Position numbers and translations under genes: made by a program
Part shown: piece by piece, positions 32,353 through 42,200 of the stretch
Layout of the letters: every line of letters begins with the position of its first letter
Numbering within the stretch: position 1 is the first letter of the stretch
Notes under the pieces: generated by a model
What the model was told of the DNA's origin: nothing
The model's input: only the letters and a program-made list of their open reading frames with translations
Database searches by the model: none
From: Candidatus Bathyarchaeota archaeon
GTDB lineage: Archaea; Thermoproteota; Bathyarchaeia; Bathyarchaeales; Bathycorpusculaceae
Direction of reading: 5' to 3'
DNA: 64,000 bases
NCBI GenBank assembly: GCA_963768425.1
Contig: CAVYHV010000009.1
Span: 128,001-192,000 of the forward strand

Positions 32353-32955
32353 GTGATGGTTATGGTAGGTCTCAAATTTATTTTTGTAAATATGATTCAT
32401 GTTGGTCAACTTCCAAAGGGAAAAGTGACAATAGGAAAGCATACTTATGGAACTCCTATTATACAATCAGTTAGTAAATATAACAAGATCACCATAGGCA
32501 ATTATTGTTCGATTGGTACAGACGTAATTTTGATTCCTAGGGTGGGTCATATTCTTCCAAAAGAATATAGGAATTTTTGCGTAACGACATTTCCATTAAC
32601 TTTGTTAAAAAATAGTACGTGGAAACCTGAATATGAACATCCACTCAAAAGAAATGATGGAATTATCAATATTGGAAACGATGTTTGGATAGGAGCACGT
32701 GCAATAATTAATCCAGGAGTCACGGTAGGTGACGGAGCAGTAATAGGTTCTGGTTCAGTAGTGACTCATGATATAGAACCTTATTCTATTGTAGCTGGAA
32801 GTCCAGCTAAAGTCATTAATTATAGGTATAACCGAGAACAAATAAGCAAATTGCTAAGAATTGCTTGGTGGAATTGGGATGAAAAGAAAATTATTGAAAA
32901 TCTTGATTTCATGTATGGAGATGTTAATAAGTTCATTGAGAAATTTTCAGAATGA
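32353..32955 (+). CDS. CatB/Vat-related O-acetyltransferase
   Basis: IGKHTYG, IGNYCSIG, IGNDVWIG and WWNW. The start may be ATG 32392. Confidence 0.85.
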   Translation: MMVMVGLKFIFVNMIHVGQLPKGKVTIGKHTYGTPIIQSVSKYNKITIGNYCSIGTDVILIPRVGHILPKEYRNFCVTTFPLTLLKNSTWKPEYEHPLKRNDGIINIGNDVWIGARAIINPGVTVGDGAVIGSGSVVTHDIEPYSIVAGSPAKVINYRYNREQISKLLRIAWWNWDEKKIIENLDFMYGDVNKFIEKFSE

Positions 32956-33166
32956 GCAAATTATTTGATATGAAAAAACCCATAACAACTTCAGGGACAG
33001 ATGCAGCCACTTGTGTGACTCAGTATCCTGATTTGGGAGAGAATACTTTTGATTTAACATTTCCTTTAGGCTAATTGACTACTTCCCTTCATTTTTCAAT
33101 AACAAAACTTGTTTTTGACGGAAAAAGATAACTTTAGCCAAACTATAAATTCATTCTTAAGTTGCA

Positions 33167-34123
33167 ATGTCGAGAGTTGAAGTTTGTTTGCATGTTGCTC
33201 AAATAGGAACTGGACGTGTAGGACGACCGACGGCTTATACAATTTTATGTGCGGGGTTAGCTAATACGTTGACCGTTTGTGACACTAAGCCTGGGCTTGC
33301 TGCGGCTTTTGCAGAGGAGTTAAAGCATGTTACTGCTAGTTCTGGTCTTGAAGTAGAAATAAATGCTTGTGACAAAGATGAAGATGTAGCGGGCGCAGAT
33401 GTTTTGTTAATTGCTGCAGGGGAGCCGCGGACTCCTGGAGTTAAAATGTCTCGTCGTGATCTCGCGATTCAGAACGCGAAGGTAATAAAGTCTATTGCAG
33501 AAGCCACCGCTCCAAGAAATCGTGGAGCAAAATATATTGTTATCTCCAATCCTGTTGATGCAATGGCAATGATTTGCAAGAAATACACGAAAGCTGACTT
33601 TGTTATAAGCACAGGGACAAATCTTGAATCTTTAAGATTCAGGTCTAAGTTGGCCAGTGTGTTTCAGGTTTCTCCTTCCAAGGTTGAAGGTTGGGTTGGA
33701 GGGGAACACGGCGATGCCGCAGTTTCCTTGTGGTCAACCACTAAAATAATGGGTTTAATGGCAGAAGAATACGCGAAATCTTGTAACATGGTTTTTTGTA
33801 AAACACACATTGAGTCCTATGTGAAGTCAGTTTCTAAATTCATCGTTGATAACATAGGCGGAACGGAGTATGGACCAGCCGCTTCATTTAGAGATATCGT
33901 GCGTGCAATAGTAATGAATACTCATGAATTTCTGTCCGTTGCCTCGCCAGTTAAATTTGAAGGCATTTCTGAACCCGTGTTTGTGGGAGTACCTCTGCGG
34001 CTTGGTGAGTCCATAGGTTCTTCCTTATACCAAAGTCTTTCCGAGGGAGAACAGACAAGCCTAATTGAAGCTGCAAAAGCCATCTATCAAACGTACTTAC
34101 TAACGATAGAGAATTTAGAGTAG
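33167..34123 (+). CDS. Lactate/malate dehydrogenase family protein (divergent)
   Basis: GTGRVG, AGEPR..SRRDL..N, SNPVD, LESLR and GEHGD. Confidence 0.85.
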   Translation: MSRVEVCLHVAQIGTGRVGRPTAYTILCAGLANTLTVCDTKPGLAAAFAEELKHVTASSGLEVEINACDKDEDVAGADVLLIAAGEPRTPGVKMSRRDLAIQNAKVIKSIAEATAPRNRGAKYIVISNPVDAMAMICKKYTKADFVISTGTNLESLRFRSKLASVFQVSPSKVEGWVGGEHGDAAVSLWSTTKIMGLMAEEYAKSCNMVFCKTHIESYVKSVSKFIVDNIGGTEYGPAASFRDIVRAIVMNTHEFLSVASPVKFEGISEPVFVGVPLRLGESIGSSLYQSLSEGEQTSLIEAAKAIYQTYLLTIENLE

Positions 34124-34686
34124 CAGCTCAACTTTCTTTCTCTTTCTTGTTGCTTGCTTTCGCCTCAATAATCACTTAGTTGCCTGCATAGTTGGCTGAA
34201 CAAAGCTGTCAATTCTTTAGCCGCAATACGAAAAAATTTGGTCAAGAAAATTTAGAATTAAGTAAAGGATCAGACTGATAGAATAGTTAACGAGAGCAAA
34301 CTATTTGATAATCTTGCTGATGTAGAAAAGCGTGTGTAGCTCCTCTCTTATCACGAGGTGTTGATGTAAGTTGATGAGGCTGCTACCTGTAGTCATCTTA
34401 TGTTTTTTTGCTGCTCTCTACTCAGAAATAAGGACAAGTAATGCAAAATGGGAGTAGGTAATGGTTTCTAAGCTTCTGACTTTGTTTAGGTCAATGCTAT
34501 ACCAAGTCTTCCTCTTCAGAAACACCGACTGAAGCTTTGCTAAGACATTATGTGTGGTTGCTTGCATGTTTCTGGGGTTCATTTTGAGGAGATCAAAATG
34601 GCATATAGTTCATTAGCAAATTTGTCCTGATATCAGAAAAGTATTTGAGATGCGTTTTGTTATGCTAATATTCTTGCTGGGTCCGA

Positions 34687-36267
34687 TTGGAGCATGGTTT
34701 TGAGGTGTCTCAACAAATTGTTAGGCAAGGTCATGGCGAGAAGCCACGTATTCTTTTAGTTAATCCTCCATATTACACATTGTTCAAGCAGAATTATTCA
34801 TACAACAAGTATCCGCTTTCCCTTGGCTATTTAGCCGGAGCGATAAGAAAAGAAACAGACTGGGCTGTTACCGTTTACAACGGTGATTTTTTTTCTCCCT
34901 CAGAAATGTGGCAAATAAGTTTTCTTTCCGGTGAAGGATTTGCAAATTTTAGAGCTAATTTAAGCGACCCACATAAGTCTGTCTGGAATCGTTTTAGAAA
35001 TATACTTAATGAAATAAAGCCAAACGTCATAGGTATTTACATTAATGTTGGCAATTGCTCTTCCGGAGCAATCCTTGCTGCAATAGCAAAAGAGTTCGAC
35101 AAGAAAACAATTATTATTCTAGGGGGTCCGCATCCAACTTCAATAGGAAAGGAAGCGATGCATGACCAAAACGTGGATGTTGTTGTCAAGGGTGAGGGTG
35201 AGCAAACAATAGTTGAGTTGTTAAAGAAGATAGAGGAGTCCAAATCGCTTGAATCAGTTGAAGGAATTATTTTTAGAGATTCCAACGTAGTCGTTGAAAA
35301 CGCTGACAGGGAACCAATTTGCGATTTGGATTCTTTATGTTTTCCAAGTGAACACGCTGAAGAAATGCTCATAGATTACGAAAAATATCCTGTCTCAGCA
35401 TTCAACCAAATTCGTGCCACGCGCGGATGCCCGCATAAATGTTTTTTTTGTGGATCCAGAATTGTATTTCCCGGGAAAACCAGGCTTAGATCAGTTGAAA
35501 ACGTCGTAGATGAGATAAAGTTTCTTCAGAAAAAGGGTATAAAGCTATTTGAATTTCTCGATGACACCTTTGGTGTAAACAAGACTTACTTAATGAAACT
35601 ATGCAATAGCTTGACGAAGAATTGCCCTGGAATACGTTGGAATTGCTACACCCACGCCAACTTGATTACTGAAGAGACAGTTATGGCATTGAAGAATGCA
35701 GGGTGCTACCAGATTGAAATGGGCATTGAATCAGGAAACAACAGAACATTGAGCCAGATGCGAAAGGGAATTACAATTGAACAAGCAATTTCAGCAGCAG
35801 AAATCATCAGTAGAAGCGGCATCGAAAATCGTGCCAACTTCCTCATAGGTTTCCCTGATGAAACTGAAGAAACACTAAATGATACTTTCAATGCTATGAA
35901 AAAAATAAGCGGTCGACTCGGGTACAGTGTTTTCACCCCTTATCCCGGAACGGAAGCTTTTGAATACTGCAAAAACGCCGGGTTAGTTGTTAGCGGCTAC
36001 GATGCTTCACTTTACAACCATCAAAGCCCAGAAAACTGTTTCTATTCTCGCATTAGCAAGAAGCGATTCAGAGAAATTGCAAATGAGATAGAAAAATATG
36101 TGGACAAACGAAATAGCCGAATGGACGCCCGCAACGTTTTTTCTGATTACGCAATATATACATTGTTGAATTACGGCGCTTTTCGTGATGTAGCTTCTTT
36201 CAAAAGATTTGCTAGAAGTGCATTTATCCAAGCGAGGCTAATTGTGAAGAACTTGGTTTCGCAGTAA
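34687..36267 (+). CDS. B12-binding radical SAM protein (class B methyltransferase-like)
   Basis: PLSLGYLA, GGPHPT, GEGE, RGCPHKCFFC, DDTF and GIESG. Confidence 0.9.
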   Translation: MEHGFEVSQQIVRQGHGEKPRILLVNPPYYTLFKQNYSYNKYPLSLGYLAGAIRKETDWAVTVYNGDFFSPSEMWQISFLSGEGFANFRANLSDPHKSVWNRFRNILNEIKPNVIGIYINVGNCSSGAILAAIAKEFDKKTIIILGGPHPTSIGKEAMHDQNVDVVVKGEGEQTIVELLKKIEESKSLESVEGIIFRDSNVVVENADREPICDLDSLCFPSEHAEEMLIDYEKYPVSAFNQIRATRGCPHKCFFCGSRIVFPGKTRLRSVENVVDEIKFLQKKGIKLFEFLDDTFGVNKTYLMKLCNSLTKNCPGIRWNCYTHANLITEETVMALKNAGCYQIEMGIESGNNRTLSQMRKGITIEQAISAAEIISRSGIENRANFLIGFPDETEETLNDTFNAMKKISGRLGYSVFTPYPGTEAFEYCKNAGLVVSGYDASLYNHQSPENCFYSRISKKRFREIANEIEKYVDKRNSRMDARNVFSDYAIYTLLNYGAFRDVASFKRFARSAFIQARLIVKNLVSQ

Positions 36268-36739
36268 TTATAGGGTCCACGCTAACGCAAGTTACACAAG
36301 GGCCGTGTCTAAAAAGCTCGCCATTTTGATTGCTTGAACTAATCAAGTATTTTTACGCGCAATTCCATGTTTTTGAATGGTCTCTGTTTCCAAATTATTT
36401 TCCGAGGAGACCGATGCATCGGCTTCGGCTTGATTGCGCGCAGTTACCCTTGTTGGACTGTTGATTGCATGTCGATGATGCAGAATAAAAGATGAAATTT
36501 CATTTTAGCCGGTTTTTTTAGATTTTCTGCGATCTTGCTCTGTGTACAATAAGTATGTACATGATGATGAGATGTGTTTGTGCAATGTGCTTGGAGGCAT
36601 GCCACCGGCGGGGCTGATTACTGAAATTATGTTCCGGTATTCGAAAGCAACACCGCAGCGTCAGTTCTATCTGTTTCCCGCGTTAAGCAACTCAGTCAAT
36701 AGGTTGATGCGGTTTTAGATTTTGGCGTTGAAGAAAGGG

Positions 36740-38494
36740 TTATAGCCTGTGTAGGTGAAAGTGCAGAAATTGATGAAATTTTCGTATTAGTGGTGATCTC
36801 ATAATCAGTTTTGGGGTTGATGTTTGAGTTAGTTTAGTAGTTAGGTGTGCTGCAGAATTAGTTTGACTTAATACAGTTGTTGGGGTAGGAGTAGCGCAGG
36901 CTGTCGGGCTAGTAGTTAGTGCTTGGGTTGAATTAGCAGTTGGTGTTGATGTTGGTGTTGGGGTTGGTGTTGATGTTGGCGTTGGTGTAATAGTCGAGCT
37001 TGTTGCACTTGTTGGAATAGGGGTGGCGGAGGCTGTCGGGCAAGCAGTTAGTGCTTGGGTTGAATCAGTTGTTGGTGTTAGCGTAGCCGTTTGTGTGGTT
37101 ATGGTTAGTTGGGGGTTTGCGAACCATGCTTGACCTGAATCGCTGGCGCCGTATGTTGAGCTCCAAACTTGCATCCAAGGAATTATCGCGGTCGGTATGA
37201 TCATTTGTCCTGCGGAATAGCCTCCTGTTGTGCCGTCGGCGGGATAAGTTGATGGTACGGTAAAGCTTATTGTTACTTGGGTCCAGGTGTTTGTGTTCCA
37301 GTTGACGTATGTTTGTCCGTTTGGCCAGCCGCTTGTGGGTGTCCAAACGCTTCCGTCTGGCGCGTCAGTGCCAGTTATTCGCCCGGCAGCACTATAGAAG
37401 TCTATTCCGACTCTTCCGCCGCTGCATGGGTTTGTGTCGCCAAGGCTGCTTGCGGTGGTTTTTATCCAGCAGCTAAAGACTATTTGGTCGCCTGGTGCTA
37501 TTGAAATGTAGGGGCCGTCGCATTCTCTTGCGGGGTTGCCTGTGTTGCCTGGGGGGTCTATTCTGATTGTGGGGTTTCCGTTGTAAAGTACATTTGTATC
37601 TAAAACAACATTTGCTACTCCGCCGATTCCCCATTCCATGCCTGTATCTGCCGTAGTCCAGCCGTTTGGAATAGGTGCCAAGTTATTTGCTATGGGCGTT
37701 GGGGTTGACGTTGATGTTGGCGTTGGTGTAATCGTTGAGTTTGTTGAAGTGGTTAGAGTTGGTGTTGGAGGTATGGTTGTGTCTTGTGCAAGTGTCGGCA
37801 ACCCACTTGGATTTATCATGATGTTCATTCCACCAAACTGGGCATATCCGCCATCGCTTGCTCCGTATATGTCACTCCAAACCTGTAGCCATGGGATCAT
37901 CATTGTAGGATTCACATATTGTCCTGCTGGGAAACCGTTGCATGGGTATAATTCTCCGTCAGATTGGTAACATGAAGGAACAGTAAAGTTCATTGTTAAC
38001 AAAGTCCATGTGCTTGTACCCCATTCAACAAATTTTGTATCTGAAGCATTATCATAGCTATTTCCTCCGTCTGGTCCAACTCCAGTTATTCTTGTGCAAC
38101 CGTTATACATGTCTATGCCAATTCTGCCTCCTGCGAATGGATTGTTGTAGTCGTTGAGAGTGCTTGGAGAAGTTTTTATCCAGCATTCGAAAACTATATT
38201 GTCACCTGGCGAAATTTGAATTGCTGGGCCAACGCAATCTCTTGCAACATTATCAGCTGAGTTACCGCCTACGGTTAGAGGATTAATCTGTATGGATTGA
38301 ACTCCGCTATAAGTGCTCGTTGTGTTAAAAATAACATTACTCCAGTATCCTACATCTCCGAAGCCACCTGTCCAAGCTGACGGAACTGGAACCAAATTTG
38401 TGTTATCAGCCAAGGATGTAGCAAGGCCGCTTAGGCAGAGACTTAGGCATAGCAAATTAATCAGAAGAATTATTAGCTTGTTTCTGGCATTCAC
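36740..38494 (-). CDS. Secreted protein with two CBM-like domains (divergent copy D and copy B), T/P linkers and a basic His-rich tail
   Basis: Signal peptide, two paralogous domains, and C-terminal RSPLIRKFHQFLHFHLHRL. Confidence 0.8.
   Translation of the reverse strand: MNARNKLIILLINLLCLSLCLSGLATSLADNTNLVPVPSAWTGGFGDVGYWSNVIFNTTSTYSGVQSIQINPLTVGGNSADNVARDCVGPAIQISPGDNIVFECWIKTSPSTLNDYNNPFAGGRIGIDMYNGCTRITGVGPDGGNSYDNASDTKFVEWGTSTWTLLTMNFTVPSCYQSDGELYPCNGFPAGQYVNPTMMIPWLQVWSDIYGASDGGYAQFGGMNIMINPSGLPTLAQDTTIPPTPTLTTSTNSTITPTPTSTSTPTPIANNLAPIPNGWTTADTGMEWGIGGVANVVLDTNVLYNGNPTIRIDPPGNTGNPARECDGPYISIAPGDQIVFSCWIKTTASSLGDTNPCSGGRVGIDFYSAAGRITGTDAPDGSVWTPTSGWPNGQTYVNWNTNTWTQVTISFTVPSTYPADGTTGGYSAGQMIIPTAIIPWMQVWSSTYGASDSGQAWFANPQLTITTQTATLTPTTDSTQALTACPTASATPIPTSATSSTITPTPTSTPTPTPTSTPTANSTQALTTSPTACATPTPTTVLSQTNSAAHLTTKLTQTSTPKLIMRSPLIRKFHQFLHFHLHRL
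37119..37685. repeat. Direct repeat copy B (~567 bp), near-identical to 15729-16295
   Basis: Manual comparison; same orientation as copy A. Confidence 0.92.
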
Positions 38495-39218
38495 GCGCTT
38501 TCCTCTCTCGAATAAGGTTGATATTTGAGTCTAAAGTGATATTAGCGTGAGTGTGTACGAATTTCCATACACATTTTTCGGGCGATCCCTTTTGCGGCGT
38601 AGTTGACTGCGTCCAGTTTAGCGCTTAGGTTACTTACACTTCTCGACCTTTGTATGTCAAAATTATGAGATGCCCTCGTTTTTTCGTTCTTCTTTGATCC
38701 TGGAGATCATTTTTGCGGCCCTCCATAACTGGAGATGATTGCGCGTTGTCTTGGCGTGCCAACTCATTGAGTTTGTGTGAAAACGCAAAGTTGGTTTAAC
38801 AAAATACCTTTATATCTAAAAGTATTTGTTTTGCCATCGGAATAACCATAACTTTCATTTTTCTGAAATTGGAACTAGTTTTTGCACTTGTGTTCTTTTT
38901 GCCATAAGTCTTCTGTTGTAAGGTAGTCCTGCTATTTTTCTTAAAGGTTAGAGAGATAGCGAATAAAAGGCAGGTTTCTTTCTGTTTTTGGGCATCTTTC
39001 TGCTCGTTGTTGTTTCAAGTTCTCGTTCGATCATTGCCTTTGTGTCAAGGTTTGTTTTAAGGTTTTATTCTTGGATGCAGTTTTCAAAAACACTATTTCC
39101 TTGTTATTTCATTAAATTCTGGTTTCTGAGATTGCTTGGATATTGACCCTTGAACAATAAAGTTTATATTAAGATAGCGGACATCATTACTCCAATAAAA
39201 ACACACCGAGGTTTCAGA

Positions 39219-42200
39219 ATGATGAAAAAGAAAATCCTGATAGGTTTATTTATAATGTTATTTTTCATGTTAAGTTTCTCCGTAGTAATGTGTAGAGGAG
39301 ATGATTGGACGATGTCCCGTCATGATGCTACACATGCTGGATATTCCGCCTCAAACCCTGCCGCTGGATCTCAACTGTGGAACTTTCCCACTAGCAGTCT
39401 GGTTGAGTCGTCTCCTGTTGTTGTTGGTGGCGATCTCTACGTGGGCTCGGATGATGGTAATGTTTATGCTTTGAATGCTGCCACAGGTGTTCAACTCTGG
39501 AATTATCTAACTGGTGGTCAAGTTGTTTCAACTCCTGCTGTTGTTGGTAGCGTTGTCTACGTAGGTTCGGATGATGGTAATGTTTATGCTTTGAATGCTG
39601 CTACTGGTGCTAAAATCTGGGACTATGTAACTGGCAACGCGGTTGCGTCGTCTCCAACTGTTGTTGCTGGCGTTGTTTACGTAAGCTCTTATGATCGTAA
39701 TGTTTATGCTTTGAATGCTGCTACTGGTGCTAAGATTTGGAGCTTCTCTATTGCTACCCATGGGTTTTATTCGTCTCCTACTGTTGTTGGTGGCGTTGTC
39801 TACATAGGCGGATCTTCTGATGGTAGTGTTTATGCTTTGAATGCCGCCACTGGCGTTCAAATTTGGAGCTTCGTTACTGGTGGCGTAGTTTATTCGACTC
39901 CTACTGTTGTTAGTGGCGTAGTTTACGTGGGCTCGGATGATGGTAATGTTTATGCTTTGGATGCTGCTACTGGTGCTAAAGACTGGTCTTTCACCACTGA
40001 CGGTCCGATTTTGTGTTCTCTTGCTGTTAATAGTGGCTTTGTCTACGGCGGTACGGGTGAGGGAACTGTTTTTGCTTTGAATGCTGCGAGTGGCACAATG
40101 TTGTGGGACATACTCACTGGAAGCGCAGTTTATTCCTCTCCTGTTGTTAGCGGCGGAGTAGTCTACATAGGCTCCAATGATCACAATGTTTATGCTTTGA
40201 ACGATGCTACTGGCGTTCAAGTTTGGAGCTTTACTACTGGCGGTATAGTTTCTTCGGGTCCTGCTGTTGTCGGTGGCAGTGTTTACGTAGGTTCTTATGA
40301 TGGTAATGTTTATGCTTTGAATACTGCAACAGGCGTTAAGCAGTGGAGCTTTACTACTGGCGGTTTAGTTGCTTCGTCTCCTGCTGTTGTCGGCGGCGTT
40401 GTCTATGTAGGCTCAAATGATGGTAATGTTTATGCTTTAAATGCCATTACTGGCGTTAAGCAGTGGAGCTTTACTACTGACGGTATAGTTTCTTCGTCTC
40501 CTGCTGTTGTCGGCGGCTTAGTCTATGTAGGCTCAAATGATCACAATGTTTACGCTTTGAATGCTGCTACTGGAGCTGAAGTTTGGAGCTTTACTACTGG
40601 CGGCGAAGTTGGGTCGTCTCCTGCTGTTGTCGGCGGCGTTGTTTACGTAGGGTCTTATGATTTCAAAATTTATGCTCTGAACGCTGCTACCGGCGCTGAA
40701 TTATGGAGTACTAGCATTGGCGACACCGCTTATTCCTCTCCTGCTGTTGTCGGCGGCGTTGTCTATGTCGGCTCTTACGATGGTGATGTCTATGCTTTGA
40801 ATGCTGCCACTGGTGCTCAAGTTTGGAGCTTTCCAACTGGTGGTACAGTTGGGTCGTCTCCTGCTGTTGTCGGCGGCGTTGTTTACGTAGGCTCCCAAGA
40901 CGGTTACGTTTATGCTTTGAATGCTGCTACTGGTGTCCAACTCTGGAGTTACTTCACTAACGACTATGTTCTGTCGTCCCCTGCTGTTGTCGGCGGCGTA
41001 GTTTACATCGGCTCTAATAACGGCGACCTTTTCGCTTTGAATGCTGCAAGTGGCACTCAAATCTGGTTTTATCCAACTGGCGGCGCGGTTGAGTCGTCTC
41101 CTGCCGTTGTCGAAGGCGCAGTTTATGTAGGCTCGGGCGACGGTTACGTTTACGCTTTGAATACTGCGAACGGCGCCCCACTCTGGAGTTACAAAACAGG
41201 GGGCATTGTTGATTCGTCTCCTGCGGCTTACAATGGCGTAGTTTACGTTGGATCCAATGACGGCAACGTTTATGCTTTAGGCGCTTTAAACACTGTAACA
41301 TTCACTGAAACCGGATTGCCATCTGGAACATCATGGCACGTTACATTTAATGGCGCAACATCGTCATCAACCACAAACACAATAACATTCACCGACCAAT
41401 TCCAAGGAAACTACACCTGGACTACACCGGCCACAATATCGGGAGGCACAGGAATTCAATATGCGACACCAACTTCCGATTCATCCGGAACCATGAATGT
41501 CCCAACTCAAACAACACAAACCGTAGCATTCACTACTCAGTACCAAGTGACCGCAAGCTACAGCACTTCTGATGCTTCAACTCCCTCGTCTGCCGTAATT
41601 CTTACGGGAACCGCCTTGGGTTCAGTTTCAACGACAACTTTGACGACTTCAACCCAGCAGGTTTGGTTAGATGCTACTTCAAGCTGGAGCGTTAACAACC
41701 CAATCACTTCAGGCACTCAAAGATGGAATGCTGCTTCCGGCACATCTGGAACAGTAACTGGAGCCATAACGATTGCGCCATCTTACAACCATCAATACCA
41801 AGTGACTTTCACTCAGACAGGATTAACCAGCCGCGCAGGCACCGTCACCGTTCTCACTTTGGGAGGAGTAGCCTATACTTGGAATACTTTACCCACTAAC
41901 CTTTGGGTTAACAAGGGCACTACTTTCAGTTGGGCGTCTATTGTTGCAGGCGCTACAGGGGAACCATTCAATTTAACTGGTTCTTCAGGTCTCGCTTCGC
42001 CCATTGTCGCTTCAGGTACCGATGCAGCCACCTACTTGACCCAGTATCAGGTGACTTTCAATCAGACTGGAATAAATAGTGACGCTGGCAGCAACCCCGT
42101 TCTCACGTTGGGAGGAGTAGCTTACACTTGGAATACTTTGCCCACTGACCTTTGGGTTAACAGTGGAACCACTTTCAGTTGGACATCTTACGTTGCAGGC

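Noticed and set aside
32353-32955. Chloramphenicol/streptogramin resistance gene
   Set aside because: CatB-like fold, but the glycan-cluster context favours a sugar O-acetyltransferase
34130-34680. Possible ncRNA or riboswitch upstream of the B12 radical SAM gene
   Set aside because: No cobalamin-riboswitch consensus or convincing stem pattern recognised by eye; an Infernal/Rfam scan would be needed
15729-37685. Diversity-generating retroelement TR/VR pair
   Set aside because: The few differences are not adenine-specific, both copies are coding, the repeat is long, and there is no reverse transcriptase in the window
38660-38770. 34-aa minus-strand ORF (MSWHAKTTRNHLQLWRAAK...)
   Set aside because: Too short, with no motif or supporting signal
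39360-41280. CRISPR-like periodic repeats
   Set aside because: The 120-bp period is in-frame coding for propeller blades; there are no unique spacers or cas genes
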